This document shows, piece after piece, positions 1-9,167 of a stretch of 64,000 nt of DNA (its first letter is position 1; each line of letters starts with the position of its first letter). Both the position numbers and the translations under genes were made by a program. Under the pieces are notes generated by a model that saw only the letters and a program-made list of their open reading frames with translations, searched no databases and was not told where the DNA came from. The stretch is taken from the NCBI GenBank assembly GCA_041640595.1, contig JBEPZY010000002.1, positions 532,651 to 596,650 on the forward strand. Direction: 5' to 3'. Source of the DNA: Gemmatales bacterium. GTDB taxonomy: Bacteria; Planctomycetota; Planctomycetia; Gemmatales; HRBIN36.

Positions 1-2
1 CC

Positions 3-1079
3 TGGGCGTGGGCGGACTTGCGTCCGACAAAATTGCTGCCGCAGGTACGGCAAGCGGTGGAATTGCCCGGCGATGTGCCAATCGTGCACGTCTTTTTCGG
101 ACGTTATCTCGACCTGTTCTGGCGAGCGGAATATGTGTCCGCCTGGCTGACACTCGGGCAGCAAGGGGCACAATTGAGCGTGTACGTTCCGGCGGGATGG
201 AAAGGTTCGGCCCTGTCGGCACGGGCACAAACACCGGCCACGGGTGGGACCCGTCTTCCTCCGCCGCTCACCGTACCGGGCACCATCTACACGAGCAGTT
301 TTTATTTCGACCCAGCGTCGTTCTTGCATCACCGCGAAAAACTTTTGCGTCCCGATCAGCTCAAGGCTTTCGAGGAGCTGGATAGAAATTCGGCCAAGTT
401 TCTCCTGGGCAGTCGGCTCAGCGATCTGGTAGCCGGGCTGGGACAGTATCACCGACTGATCGTGGCCCAGCCGGATCGGCAGACGTATGCCTTTCGGCCC
501 GGCACGGCGATTCCGTCGTTTGCGGTGGTATTGCAACTCAAAGAGCCGGAGAAAATCGGCCCGAAGCTGGAAGCTATCCTGCGCGGAGCCGCTCTGCTGG
601 CCACGTTTCAAACCCGACTGGAACTGGTCGAGGAAAAGCACGGCGACGTGAAGCTGGTCGGCTATCGCTTCGCTGACAACGATGCCAATCGCGCGGTGCA
701 GAACGGCTTGCTGTTCAATTTCAGTCCCTGTTTCGCTCAGGTCGGCGACCAGTTTATGCTCTGTTCGACGCTGGAACTAGGCCGGCAAATTGTCCGGGCG
801 TTGCAGAAGGAAAAGGCGTCGCCTGGCGGCAGTGCTGGCCTGGTCTTTAGCGATGTGTTCAGCTGGGAGGGAATCGTGGATTTGTTGCGAGCGGCGGATG
901 ATGAACTGCTGGTGCAATTCATGCTGGAGCGCGTGCAAGCTCTGGAATCGGCACGGACGCAGGTGAAGCATTTGCTCGAACTGGTCGCTAGCCTGGGCCG
1001 CATTGAAGCGCACCTGCAGATGGCGGAAGAAAAGTCCCAGCTTGATCTTCGCTGGCAATTGGCGCCAGAACGGCGATAG
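3..1079 (+). CDS. Hypothetical protein, 5'-truncated by the window edge, upstream of the DUF1800/DUF1501 pair
   Basis: Frame is open from base 3 to TAG at 1079, has genome-typical codon usage and is co-oriented with the downstream operon. Confidence 0.7.
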   Translation, partial: WAWADLRPTKLLPQVRQAVELPGDVPIVHVFFGRYLDLFWRAEYVSAWLTLGQQGAQLSVYVPAGWKGSALSARAQTPATGGTRLPPPLTVPGTIYTSSFYFDPASFLHHREKLLRPDQLKAFEELDRNSAKFLLGSRLSDLVAGLGQYHRLIVAQPDRQTYAFRPGTAIPSFAVVLQLKEPEKIGPKLEAILRGAALLATFQTRLELVEEKHGDVKLVGYRFADNDANRAVQNGLLFNFSPCFAQVGDQFMLCSTLELGRQIVRALQKEKASPGGSAGLVFSDVFSWEGIVDLLRAADDELLVQFMLERVQALESARTQVKHLLELVASLGRIEAHLQMAEEKSQLDLRWQLAPERR

Positions 1080-1129
1080 CGTAGCGCAATTCCACGCATC
1101 GAGGGTTTGCCGGAGCAACGGGAGGAAAC

Positions 1130-2563
1130 ATGGTGCGGCAGAACAACGGCATAGCCAACGGACAATCCGGGAAACAGCTCGATCCGCAATGGGCCTGGCA
1201 ACCCTATCAGCCCGACGCTCATCGGCCCTGGAATCTCCAGCGGGCCGGGCATCTGTATCGGCGAGCGGCGTTCGCTGCGAACTGGTCGGAGTTGCAACGG
1301 GCGGTGCAGGATGGGCCTCAGAAAACCGTCGAACGCCTGCTGACTCCGGGGCCGGACTATGAGGCATTCGATCGCGGCATGGACGAACTGGCAGCTCGCA
1401 TCGCCAAAGGTAACAACACCGTTCATCTGCGTGCCTGGTGGCTGGCGCGGATGATCCGCACGCCGTTCCCGCTTATCGAGAAAATGACGTTGTTCTGGCA
1501 CAATCACTTCGCCACCAGCAACGCCAAAGTGAACAACGTCGGTTACATGCTCCAGCAGAACCAGACGTTGCGGCGTTTTGCCCTGGGCTCGTTTGCGGAA
1601 ATGTTGCAGGCGATTTCCAAAGACCCGGCCATGATGGTCTGGCTCGACACGAATTTGAGCAAGAAAGGCCGGCCCAACGAAAACTACGCCCGCGAACTGA
1701 TGGAGCTATTCAGCCTGGGCATTGGCAACTACACGGAGCAGGATATCCGCGAAGCTGCCCGTGCGTTTACCGGTTGGGAAATCCGCCAGGGCAAGTTTCA
1801 CTTCAACGCGGCCGAGCATGACGACGGCGAAAAAACTGTGTTCGGTCGCACTGGCCGCTGGCAGGGCGAAGACATTGTCCGCATGTGTCTGGAACACCCG
1901 GCCTGTGCGCGGTTTATAGCACGGAAACTGTTTCGCTATTTTGTGAGCGAAACGCTGGAACCAAATGCCGAACTCCTCGAACCGCTTGCCCAGTGCCTGC
2001 GACGCAACCAGTACCAGATTGGGGAAGCGGTGCGGATGATTTTGACCTCGAATATCTTTTATTCGGAACACGCTTACCGGGCCCGCGTAAAATCGCCGGT
2101 GGAATTTGCCGTCGGCATCATCCGAGCGCTGGAAGGACAGCCGAACGCGATTGCACTGGCTAACGCACTGGAAAATGTTGGCCAGCGGCTGTTTTACCCG
2201 CCGTCCGTGAAAGGGTGGGACGGAGGCCCAGCCTGGCTGAATTCGACGACGCTACTGGCACGCAACAATCTGGCGCAGGCGCTGGTCTCGGGCGAGGACC
2301 CGCAGTTCGGTTCCCGCTGTGATCCCGTGCTGGTACTGCGAAAGTACGGACGCGAGTCCGAGGAGCAGGCGCTGGCGTTCTTCCTCGATTTATTCCTGCA
2401 AGGAGACCTCGCCCCGGAGGCGCGACAAGGTCTGGCCGGCTACCTGCGTGAGTCCGAGCAATTTCGCTGGCCCGTGTACTGGACCGAGCAGGACCGGCAC
2501 GAACATCGCCTGCGGGCAGTATGCTACCTGGTGCTGACCCAACCGGAATTTCAACTCGATTGA
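1130..2563 (+). CDS. DUF1800 family protein
   Basis: Motifs HLYRRAAF, EKMTLFWHNHFATS, DPAMMVWLD, PNENYARELMELFSLG, PPSVKGWDGG and terminal PEFQL; RBS GGAGG upstream. Confidence 0.92.
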   Translation: MVRQNNGIANGQSGKQLDPQWAWQPYQPDAHRPWNLQRAGHLYRRAAFAANWSELQRAVQDGPQKTVERLLTPGPDYEAFDRGMDELAARIAKGNNTVHLRAWWLARMIRTPFPLIEKMTLFWHNHFATSNAKVNNVGYMLQQNQTLRRFALGSFAEMLQAISKDPAMMVWLDTNLSKKGRPNENYARELMELFSLGIGNYTEQDIREAARAFTGWEIRQGKFHFNAAEHDDGEKTVFGRTGRWQGEDIVRMCLEHPACARFIARKLFRYFVSETLEPNAELLEPLAQCLRRNQYQIGEAVRMILTSNIFYSEHAYRARVKSPVEFAVGIIRALEGQPNAIALANALENVGQRLFYPPSVKGWDGGPAWLNSTTLLARNNLAQALVSGEDPQFGSRCDPVLVLRKYGRESEEQALAFFLDLFLQGDLAPEARQGLAGYLRESEQFRWPVYWTEQDRHEHRLRAVCYLVLTQPEFQLD

Positions 2564-2644
2564 TCGCCGGGCCTCGCTGCTGCAATGGCAACACGGAGCA
2601 CACGCCCCCGCGGCTGGGGGATGAACCTATCGGAGGGCAAAACC

Positions 2645-3880
2645 ATGCTGAATCGCCGCGAATTTTTAGCGACATCGCTTGTCGGTTCGAGTCTGGTGGC
2701 GCTGCGCGGATGGGGGCCAGGATTTCTGGCGCGAACGGCCCTGGCAGCTCCCACCGCCGACTCTCCCGGAGCCAAGGATACCATCCTGGTCGTCATCCAG
2801 CTGACCGGCGGCAATGATGGTTTGAACACCGTTGTGCCCTTTAAAGACCCGCTGTATGCCAAATATCGTCCCACCTTGCAGTTGCCCCGGGCGCAACTGC
2901 AGAAGGTCAACGACGAAATCGGCCTGCATCCGTCCATGAATGGTTTTGCCGAGTTGTTGCAGGACGGGGCGTTGTGCATTGTGCAAGGGGTCGGCTATCC
3001 GAATCCCAGTCAGTCGCATTTCCGGAGCATGGATATCTGGCACGCTGCCAGCACTCGAGAAACCCTGACCGAGGGCTGGCTCGGTAAAGCACTGCATCGG
3101 CTGCCGCAAACTGGAGCGTTTCACGTAGCGATGGCTAACGAACCGAACTGGCTGGCGTTGCAGGGGGCACCGTTCAAAGTCCCGGCCCTGACCAGCCTGG
3201 AAGATTTTCAACTGCGAACACCGGCGGCCAGCGGTAGCGATCAGCGTTCGCAACGCCAGGTGCTCGAAGCATCTGTCAAGCGGCCAGCCGATAACCCCTT
3301 GCTGAGCTTTGTCCAGCAAACCGCTCTCAATACCTACGAGAACACCCGCCGACTCCGCGAAATTGGCCGAAATTATCAGCCCAAAGTTCCCTATCCGCAG
3401 ACCGGTCTGGCGAATCGGTTGCGGCTGGTGGCTCAGCTCATCGAAGCCAATCTGGGTGCTCGCATTTACTACGTCTCGCTGGACGGCTTTGATACCCATG
3501 CCTCGCAGGCAAACACTCACGCCAATCTGCTCGCCGAATTGTCCGGTGCGGTAACGGCATTCTTCAAAGACATGGCGGCCCGCGGCCATCGCGATCGGCT
3601 GTGCATTATGACCTTCTCCGAATTTGGCCGAAGGGTGCAGGAAAACGGCTCGCGCGGTACTGATCACGGCAGCGCTGCTCCGATGTTCCTCATTGGTGGT
3701 CGGGTTCGCGCCGGACTGGTCGGCGAACATCCCAGCCTGGAGAAACTCGAATTCGGCAACCTGAAACATCACACGGACTTCCGGCAGGTGTACGCCGCCG
3801 TTTTGGAAAAATGGCTCGGCATCCCCAGTCAGGGTATCCTGGACGGCCAGTTCAAGCCGCTTGACGTATTCCGCTCGTAG
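2645..3880 (+). CDS. DUF1501 family protein with Tat signal
   Basis: NRREFL twin-arginine motif; GGNDGLNTVVP, SHFRS, GFDTH, SEFGRR, GTDHG; start moved to ATG 2645 behind GGAGG. Confidence 0.92.
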   Translation: MLNRREFLATSLVGSSLVALRGWGPGFLARTALAAPTADSPGAKDTILVVIQLTGGNDGLNTVVPFKDPLYAKYRPTLQLPRAQLQKVNDEIGLHPSMNGFAELLQDGALCIVQGVGYPNPSQSHFRSMDIWHAASTRETLTEGWLGKALHRLPQTGAFHVAMANEPNWLALQGAPFKVPALTSLEDFQLRTPAASGSDQRSQRQVLEASVKRPADNPLLSFVQQTALNTYENTRRLREIGRNYQPKVPYPQTGLANRLRLVAQLIEANLGARIYYVSLDGFDTHASQANTHANLLAELSGAVTAFFKDMAARGHRDRLCIMTFSEFGRRVQENGSRGTDHGSAAPMFLIGGRVRAGLVGEHPSLEKLEFGNLKHHTDFRQVYAAVLEKWLGIPSQGILDGQFKPLDVFRS

Positions 3881-5038
3881 TCAGGGGCGGAAACGTACGC
3901 GGCCAGGATGCCAGTCTGGCTCGGCGACTGGCTGACCGGTCAGCAGGCGAACCAGCATTTCGGCCAGATTCTGCCGGCACAATTGCCGCTGACCCAGATA
4001 GGAAGTCGTCAGGCGTGGATTGATCTCGATGACGTAATCTTCCGTACCCCGCGAGTCGGGGCCAAGCACCAGGTCGATACCGACATAACCCCGCAATTTG
4101 GGAAATGCCGCGAGGGCAGCCTCGGCGAGCCGGCGTGCGCGATGTTCCAGATCCGATGGCAGCGGCAACTCACCGCCGAGATAGCGAAACTGACCATCGG
4201 CGCTCAGGATTTGATAACCGCCACGCAAGAATATCCGGCGATTTTCACCGCAAAGGCAAGCGATACTGGCGGCAGTGCCGGGAACGTAGCGTTGCCACAA
4301 CCACTTGGCCGACTCAAACTCCGTCGCCGTTGACGGTGCCAAAGAGGTATCCGGAGCGGCGGACGTTACTCCGTCGTGTTTTCCAACGCAAGAGTGCTGC
4401 GAGTTTTCTCGCCCTGATTCGGAATCGGTGGCGGCACAGTCCCCGTCTATCCTGAATTCGCAGGTGCTCCGGGAGTGACCGTCATCCTTCTGGTGCGGCG
4501 GTAAGGTCTGGCTGAGCAAACGCACCTGCCAGGAACCGGCACCGAAGCGCGGTTTACGTACCAGGGGAGCAATATCGCCCGGCTCAGTCAGCCAGGTTTC
4601 CGGCACAGGGACACCGCACCGGCGCAAACGCACATACTGCTGCCACTTGTCGGTCACTTCCACCAGCACCCGCACCGGTGTGCCCAGAAGGAATACGCCG
4701 CTCGACTCCACCCACTGACACCGCGTTGTCAAAATATGTTCCAGTTCGGGAGCGATAATCCAGGCCGCGTCGGCCTGCTGCAAACAGCGCAAAAATGCTT
4801 CCCGTTCATCCGTAACCTGGTCGCCGTCCAGGGTGATGACGTCGAAACCTGCGGCGCGGCAGTCGAAAGCGAGCGCGTCGCGCATAGCCCGGCCTTCACG
4901 GCGAATTGCTGCCGTGAGTGCCTGGCCCGGCGATGGATACGGGCCTGAGCAGGCATCTTTTGGGGCATTCGTAGCTGCGGCAGGAAACGATGGCCTTTCG
5001 GGTTGGGCGCAGGCGTATTCGTAAACGAAGATTCGCAT
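3881..5038 (-). CDS. ATP-grasp ligase, MfnD (tyramine-glutamate ligase)-like, probably methanofuran/C1 cofactor related
   Basis: IIAPE, KPRFGAGS, GYVGIDLVL and VIEINPRLTTSY motifs. Confidence 0.75.
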   Translation of the reverse strand: MRIFVYEYACAQPERPSFPAAATNAPKDACSGPYPSPGQALTAAIRREGRAMRDALAFDCRAAGFDVITLDGDQVTDEREAFLRCLQQADAAWIIAPELEHILTTRCQWVESSGVFLLGTPVRVLVEVTDKWQQYVRLRRCGVPVPETWLTEPGDIAPLVRKPRFGAGSWQVRLLSQTLPPHQKDDGHSRSTCEFRIDGDCAATDSESGRENSQHSCVGKHDGVTSAAPDTSLAPSTATEFESAKWLWQRYVPGTAASIACLCGENRRIFLRGGYQILSADGQFRYLGGELPLPSDLEHRARRLAEAALAAFPKLRGYVGIDLVLGPDSRGTEDYVIEINPRLTTSYLGQRQLCRQNLAEMLVRLLTGQPVAEPDWHPGRVRFRP

Positions 5039-5065
5039 GGCTGCGGCAAGTGTCCGATGCAGGCG

Positions 5066-6994
5066 TCAGATCATGTAATACCAGTCCGGCGGTTCGGTGG
5101 AAGTGTTGCGACGCGGACAACAGGGGCAGAGATCCTCGCCCAGTTCCGCATACGCCTGGCGAACTGCCTCAAGTGTGCTCGACCAGGTAGCCCTCGCTTC
5201 CAGAAACAGATATTTCTGGCCGAGCCGGCGTGTCAGACCGCACCGTTCAAAAGCGTCCGCCAGGTCTTTGCGCACACCGCAGAAATAAACGCGGATATTC
5301 CTTGCCTGCAAATCGGCGACAAACTCGTCCAGCAGCCGCAAGCATACCGCATCCGGATTACGGACACGCTTCATTCGCAGCACCACGATCCGCGCTAGCT
5401 GGCCACATTGTTTGCGAATGTGCTCCAGCTGCTGCTCCAGGTCCGCCGCCGAACCGAAAAATAGTTCGCCTTCCAGGTTGAAAATCAGCAGCCGAGTGCA
5501 CAGCGTATCGTTTGGCTGAGCTTCGCGAAGCACCCGTTCGGGTGTAAGTGTCAATCGAGTCATGTGAATCCGTGCCGCCCGCGGTACATAAAACACGAAG
5601 GAACAGAAGGTGCCGATCAAGATGCAAAACTCCACGGAAATAGCTACAGCGGAGATGGCGGTGATAAGCACAATGGCGGCATCGAACCGAGACGCTCGCA
5701 GGTGATAGAGCAAATCGTGGTACCGGATCATGCGAAAGGCCGTGACAAGCAGGATGCCCGACAGTGCTGCCCGCGGAACATACCGGGCGTACGGGGCGAA
5801 CAACACCATCGTCCCTGCCACTGCCACTGCGGCAATTACTCCCGACCACTGGCTAACCGCCCCGGCCATCTGATTGACTGCCGAGCGTGTGAGCGAGCCT
5901 GACCCAGGCATGCACTGGAAAAACGAACCACTCAGGTTAGCCACCGCTTCGCTGAGACATTGCTGATGGACATCAAGTTTCTGGCGAGTCTGAGCGGCAA
6001 TGGCTTTGGCCATGGCCAGCGCTTCCAGTAAACCGAGGATGGCAATCGCCAGAGCGCTGGGAGCAAGCTGCGTCATCAACCGCCAGTCCCACGGTGGCAC
6101 TTGCGGATGGGGCAGGTGCCGGGGAATTTCTCCAACGGTTCGCACCCCCTTTTCCTCCAACCCCAGCCAGTAGGTAACCGCTCCGGCAAGGAGAACAGTC
6201 AGAAGAAACTCCGGAATGCGAAACCGCCGCAATCCCAGCCCGCGATTGACCAGCATCAACAGGAGTATCCCGCCGATCGTTCCCAGTCCCACGGCCATGG
6301 TAGCCGGATGAATCCCACCTCCTTCCGTCCAGGTTCGCCAGAACCGCACCAGAAAATGCTCCTGCCCACTGCCCACGGAGCGCAGACCGAGCAAATGCTT
6401 GAGCTGGTCGAGCACCAGCATCAGGGATGCCCCGACCGTGAAGCCAACGATGACCGCGTGAGAAATGTAGCGTGTAAGATCGCCGAGCCGCAGCAGGGTG
6501 ATCGCCAGTTGTATCAACCCGACCAGGAAAGCCATCAAAACGGCTCCACGAACGAGGGTCTCGACATTGCCGTTATCAGCGACGGCCAGTGGCGCAAGTG
6601 CGCTGAGCAGAGCAATACTGATGGCGTTGGTCGGGCCGTTGATCAACTGCCGGGACGAATCCAGCAATGCCCCGACCGCTGTCATCACGATGGCTGTGTA
6701 CAGGCCGTATTGCGGCGGCAAGCCAACGATCATCGCATAAGCCATCGCCTGAGGCACAGCCAGAGCAGCCACCGACAAACCGGCAACCATGTCGCGCCAG
6801 GCCGACTCCCAGCTGTAGGTCCGTAACGCTTCCAGTGCCGGAATCCGTTTCAACAACCAGGTTTGCCAGTCCCAGCTTTCCCCGGCAGCAGCGGCGGTAT
6901 CGCCAGTGCCAGCTTCCAACAAACTGGCCTGAGTTACCTCCTCGCCGTTTACGCTGGGTACCAGAGTGGCAGGGCTTTCTTGCCGTTGTTCCAT
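5066..6994 (-). CDS. SulP/SLC26 family anion transporter with C-terminal STAS domain
   Basis: DMVAGLSVAALAVPQAMAYA, GLY, INGPT, GSLTRSAVN, many TM segments and STAS motif GELFFGSA. Confidence 0.93.
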   Translation of the reverse strand: MEQRQESPATLVPSVNGEEVTQASLLEAGTGDTAAAAGESWDWQTWLLKRIPALEALRTYSWESAWRDMVAGLSVAALAVPQAMAYAMIVGLPPQYGLYTAIVMTAVGALLDSSRQLINGPTNAISIALLSALAPLAVADNGNVETLVRGAVLMAFLVGLIQLAITLLRLGDLTRYISHAVIVGFTVGASLMLVLDQLKHLLGLRSVGSGQEHFLVRFWRTWTEGGGIHPATMAVGLGTIGGILLLMLVNRGLGLRRFRIPEFLLTVLLAGAVTYWLGLEEKGVRTVGEIPRHLPHPQVPPWDWRLMTQLAPSALAIAILGLLEALAMAKAIAAQTRQKLDVHQQCLSEAVANLSGSFFQCMPGSGSLTRSAVNQMAGAVSQWSGVIAAVAVAGTMVLFAPYARYVPRAALSGILLVTAFRMIRYHDLLYHLRASRFDAAIVLITAISAVAISVEFCILIGTFCSFVFYVPRAARIHMTRLTLTPERVLREAQPNDTLCTRLLIFNLEGELFFGSAADLEQQLEHIRKQCGQLARIVVLRMKRVRNPDAVCLRLLDEFVADLQARNIRVYFCGVRKDLADAFERCGLTRRLGQKYLFLEARATWSSTLEAVRQAYAELGEDLCPCCPRRNTSTEPPDWYYMI

Positions 6995-7144
6995 GACAGC
7001 GGAACTTCCTTCTTTCAAAAGTTATCCTCAGGCACGTGGCTGTCGAGGTTTACGAAGCAAGGCGTGCCATCCGTGACAGGCTGGGCCGCAGTTCCGGTCA
7101 AGGCATCCCAGGCGTTCGACCGGTGCCTTGTCATGTTTGTCGAG

Positions 7145-7163
7145 CATGATGATAATCATAATC
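7145..7163. promoter_or_regulatory. Fur-box-like operator (Fur/Zur/Nur family)
   Basis: CATGATGATAATCATAATC matches the 19-bp Fur consensus GATAATGATAATCATTATC at 16/19 positions; lies in a divergent intergenic region. Confidence 0.6.
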
Positions 7164-7178
7164 GTCAATGTCAGGGTG

Positions 7179-7187
7179 ATTATACCA
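7179..7187 (-). promoter_or_regulatory. Extended -10 promoter for the SulP gene
   Basis: Minus strand reads TGGTATAAT (TGnTATAAT). Confidence 0.55.
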
Positions 7188-7335
7188 GTCCAGGCAGCAC
7201 TTTGCTCGAAATTCCCGGGAAGCCAGAGAAGCCAAGCAGACTGTGACGGAACGGCAAGGATAAGCGTCTGTCATGCTGGGATGGGTCTTCGCCGGAACAC
7301 CGTTTTGGCCTCCTGAGCTGCGAGGGGTAAGCGGA

Positions 7336-8919
7336 ATGCCGCGGTGCCATATTGACACGGTGGGAAAGGTCGCGTTGGTCTGTTTTGCGGTGTGGGCAAT
7401 GGCGAGCACGGATTTTCCCGCCAGGCAGTATGCGGAAATCCGCGTGCTCGATGCCCAGACCGGTCGCGGTGTACCCCTGGTAGAACTGGAGACGGTGCAC
7501 CACGTCCGGTTTGTGACTGACAATGCCGGCCGGGTGGCGATCGCCGAACCGGATTTGCTCGACCGCGAGGTGTTCTTCACGGTTCGCAGTCACGGCTATG
7601 AGATTCCGGCAGATGGGTTTGGTTACCGGGGAGTGCGTTTGCAGCTTCGCGCTGGGCAGAAAATGGAAGTACGAATCCAGCGCCGACAGATCGCGGAACG
7701 ATTATGCCGACTCACTGGCGAAGGGTTGTATAGGGACAGTCTGCTGCTGGGCTATCGGGTGCCTGGCCCAGTAGATAATCGTGCTGCCGGCGATGGATTT
7801 CCGCGACAGGCTCGCGGCCAGGTAGCAGGGCAGGATTCGGTGCAGGCGGCGATTTACCGCAACCACATTTACTGGTTCTGGGGCGACACCAACCGCCTCG
7901 CCTATCCGCTGGGATTGTTCCGAACTGCCGGTGCCCGCACTCCCGTATTTCCGGAAACGTTCGATCCCGCCGACGGCATCCCGTATCAGTATTTCACGGA
8001 CGAAAACGGTTTTGTCCGCCCGATGATCCCGCTGCCGGAACGCAAAGAAGGTGTTGTTTGGATTGACGGCGTTTGCGTGGTACCGGATGAGCGAGGACAG
8101 GAGCGGCTGGTTTGCCATTACTCCCGACGCAAAGGGCTGGCGGAGGAATTGGAACACGGAATCGCCGTCTTCGACGATACGCGAGAGATTTTTGTGCCCG
8201 TGCGGACGTTGCCGTTAGCGGAGCGCTGGCGGCATCCGTCGGGCCATGCGACACCGTGGGAGGAGCAGGAAAAGCGTTACATACTGTTCGGCAATCCGGC
8301 CCCGGTGGTGCGAGTTCCGGCTCGTTATGAAGCGGTGCTCGACCCGCACCAGTATGAAGCGTTCAGTTGCGCCAGCGGTGAGCGCGACGGAAAACCGCTC
8401 CACCCGTTATGCGATGAGCAGGGAAAAGTGGTGTGGCGGTGGCAGAAACAACTCCCGCCTGTGGATGCCGCAACGGAATGGCGCTGGTTGCAGGCGAAAA
8501 AACTACCGGCCAACCAGGCACGCTTCTGCCCCGTAGATGCTGCCGGCAACGGGCAGCGGATCCAGTTGCATAACGGCACAGTACGCTGGAATAACTACCG
8601 GCAACGCTGGATTTTGATTACCGGTCAGGTGGGCGGCAAGGAATCATTCCTCGGCGAAATCTGGTATGCGGAAGCCCACCAGCCGACCGGACCCTTTACG
8701 AAAGCGGTCAAAATCATCACCCACGACCGTTATTCGTTCTACAACGTCTGCCACCATCCGTTTCTGGATCGCCACGACGGTCGCATCATCCATCTGGAAG
8801 GGACCTACACCGCGGAGTTTTCCGGCAATCCTGTGCGGACGCCCCGCTACGATTACAACCAGGTCCTTTATCGGCTCGACCTCGACCATCCCGGTTTGCG
8901 ACCCGCCCGACGCGAATAA
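7336..8919 (+). CDS. Secreted hypothetical protein, possibly beta-propeller/glycosidase-like
   Basis: Long ORF with N-terminal signal peptide; Trp/Tyr-rich with WFWGDT motif; start uncertain (7273 or 7336). Confidence 0.75.
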   Translation: MPRCHIDTVGKVALVCFAVWAMASTDFPARQYAEIRVLDAQTGRGVPLVELETVHHVRFVTDNAGRVAIAEPDLLDREVFFTVRSHGYEIPADGFGYRGVRLQLRAGQKMEVRIQRRQIAERLCRLTGEGLYRDSLLLGYRVPGPVDNRAAGDGFPRQARGQVAGQDSVQAAIYRNHIYWFWGDTNRLAYPLGLFRTAGARTPVFPETFDPADGIPYQYFTDENGFVRPMIPLPERKEGVVWIDGVCVVPDERGQERLVCHYSRRKGLAEELEHGIAVFDDTREIFVPVRTLPLAERWRHPSGHATPWEEQEKRYILFGNPAPVVRVPARYEAVLDPHQYEAFSCASGERDGKPLHPLCDEQGKVVWRWQKQLPPVDAATEWRWLQAKKLPANQARFCPVDAAGNGQRIQLHNGTVRWNNYRQRWILITGQVGGKESFLGEIWYAEAHQPTGPFTKAVKIITHDRYSFYNVCHHPFLDRHDGRIIHLEGTYTAEFSGNPVRTPRYDYNQVLYRLDLDHPGLRPARRE

Positions 8920-9167
8920 CCAAGCGACAAAACGGAGCCAGGGATAATCATTGAGGCTACGCAGGAGTGTGTTCGGCGGATGTTTCGTTGCCGCCGGAGC
9001 AGCTGATACTTGACGGTGGTTGGTGGAAAGGGGATAATGCACTCAAGCGCACCGTGAACGACGAAAACGCTGCCTGCCTGAGTCGGTAACCGCTCCCCTT
9101 CGGAACCGACCCGTATCTGCTCGCCTGCCGATCGAAGATTCTCGTATCCACCCTGGAGGTGTGTCGA

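Noticed and set aside
2666..3772. Long antisense ORFs (also 11871-13214, 38846-40018, 48055-49266, 45045-45923)
   Set aside because: They are shadows of well-supported genes on the opposite strand, expected from GC-rich codon bias, and have no recognisable motifs.
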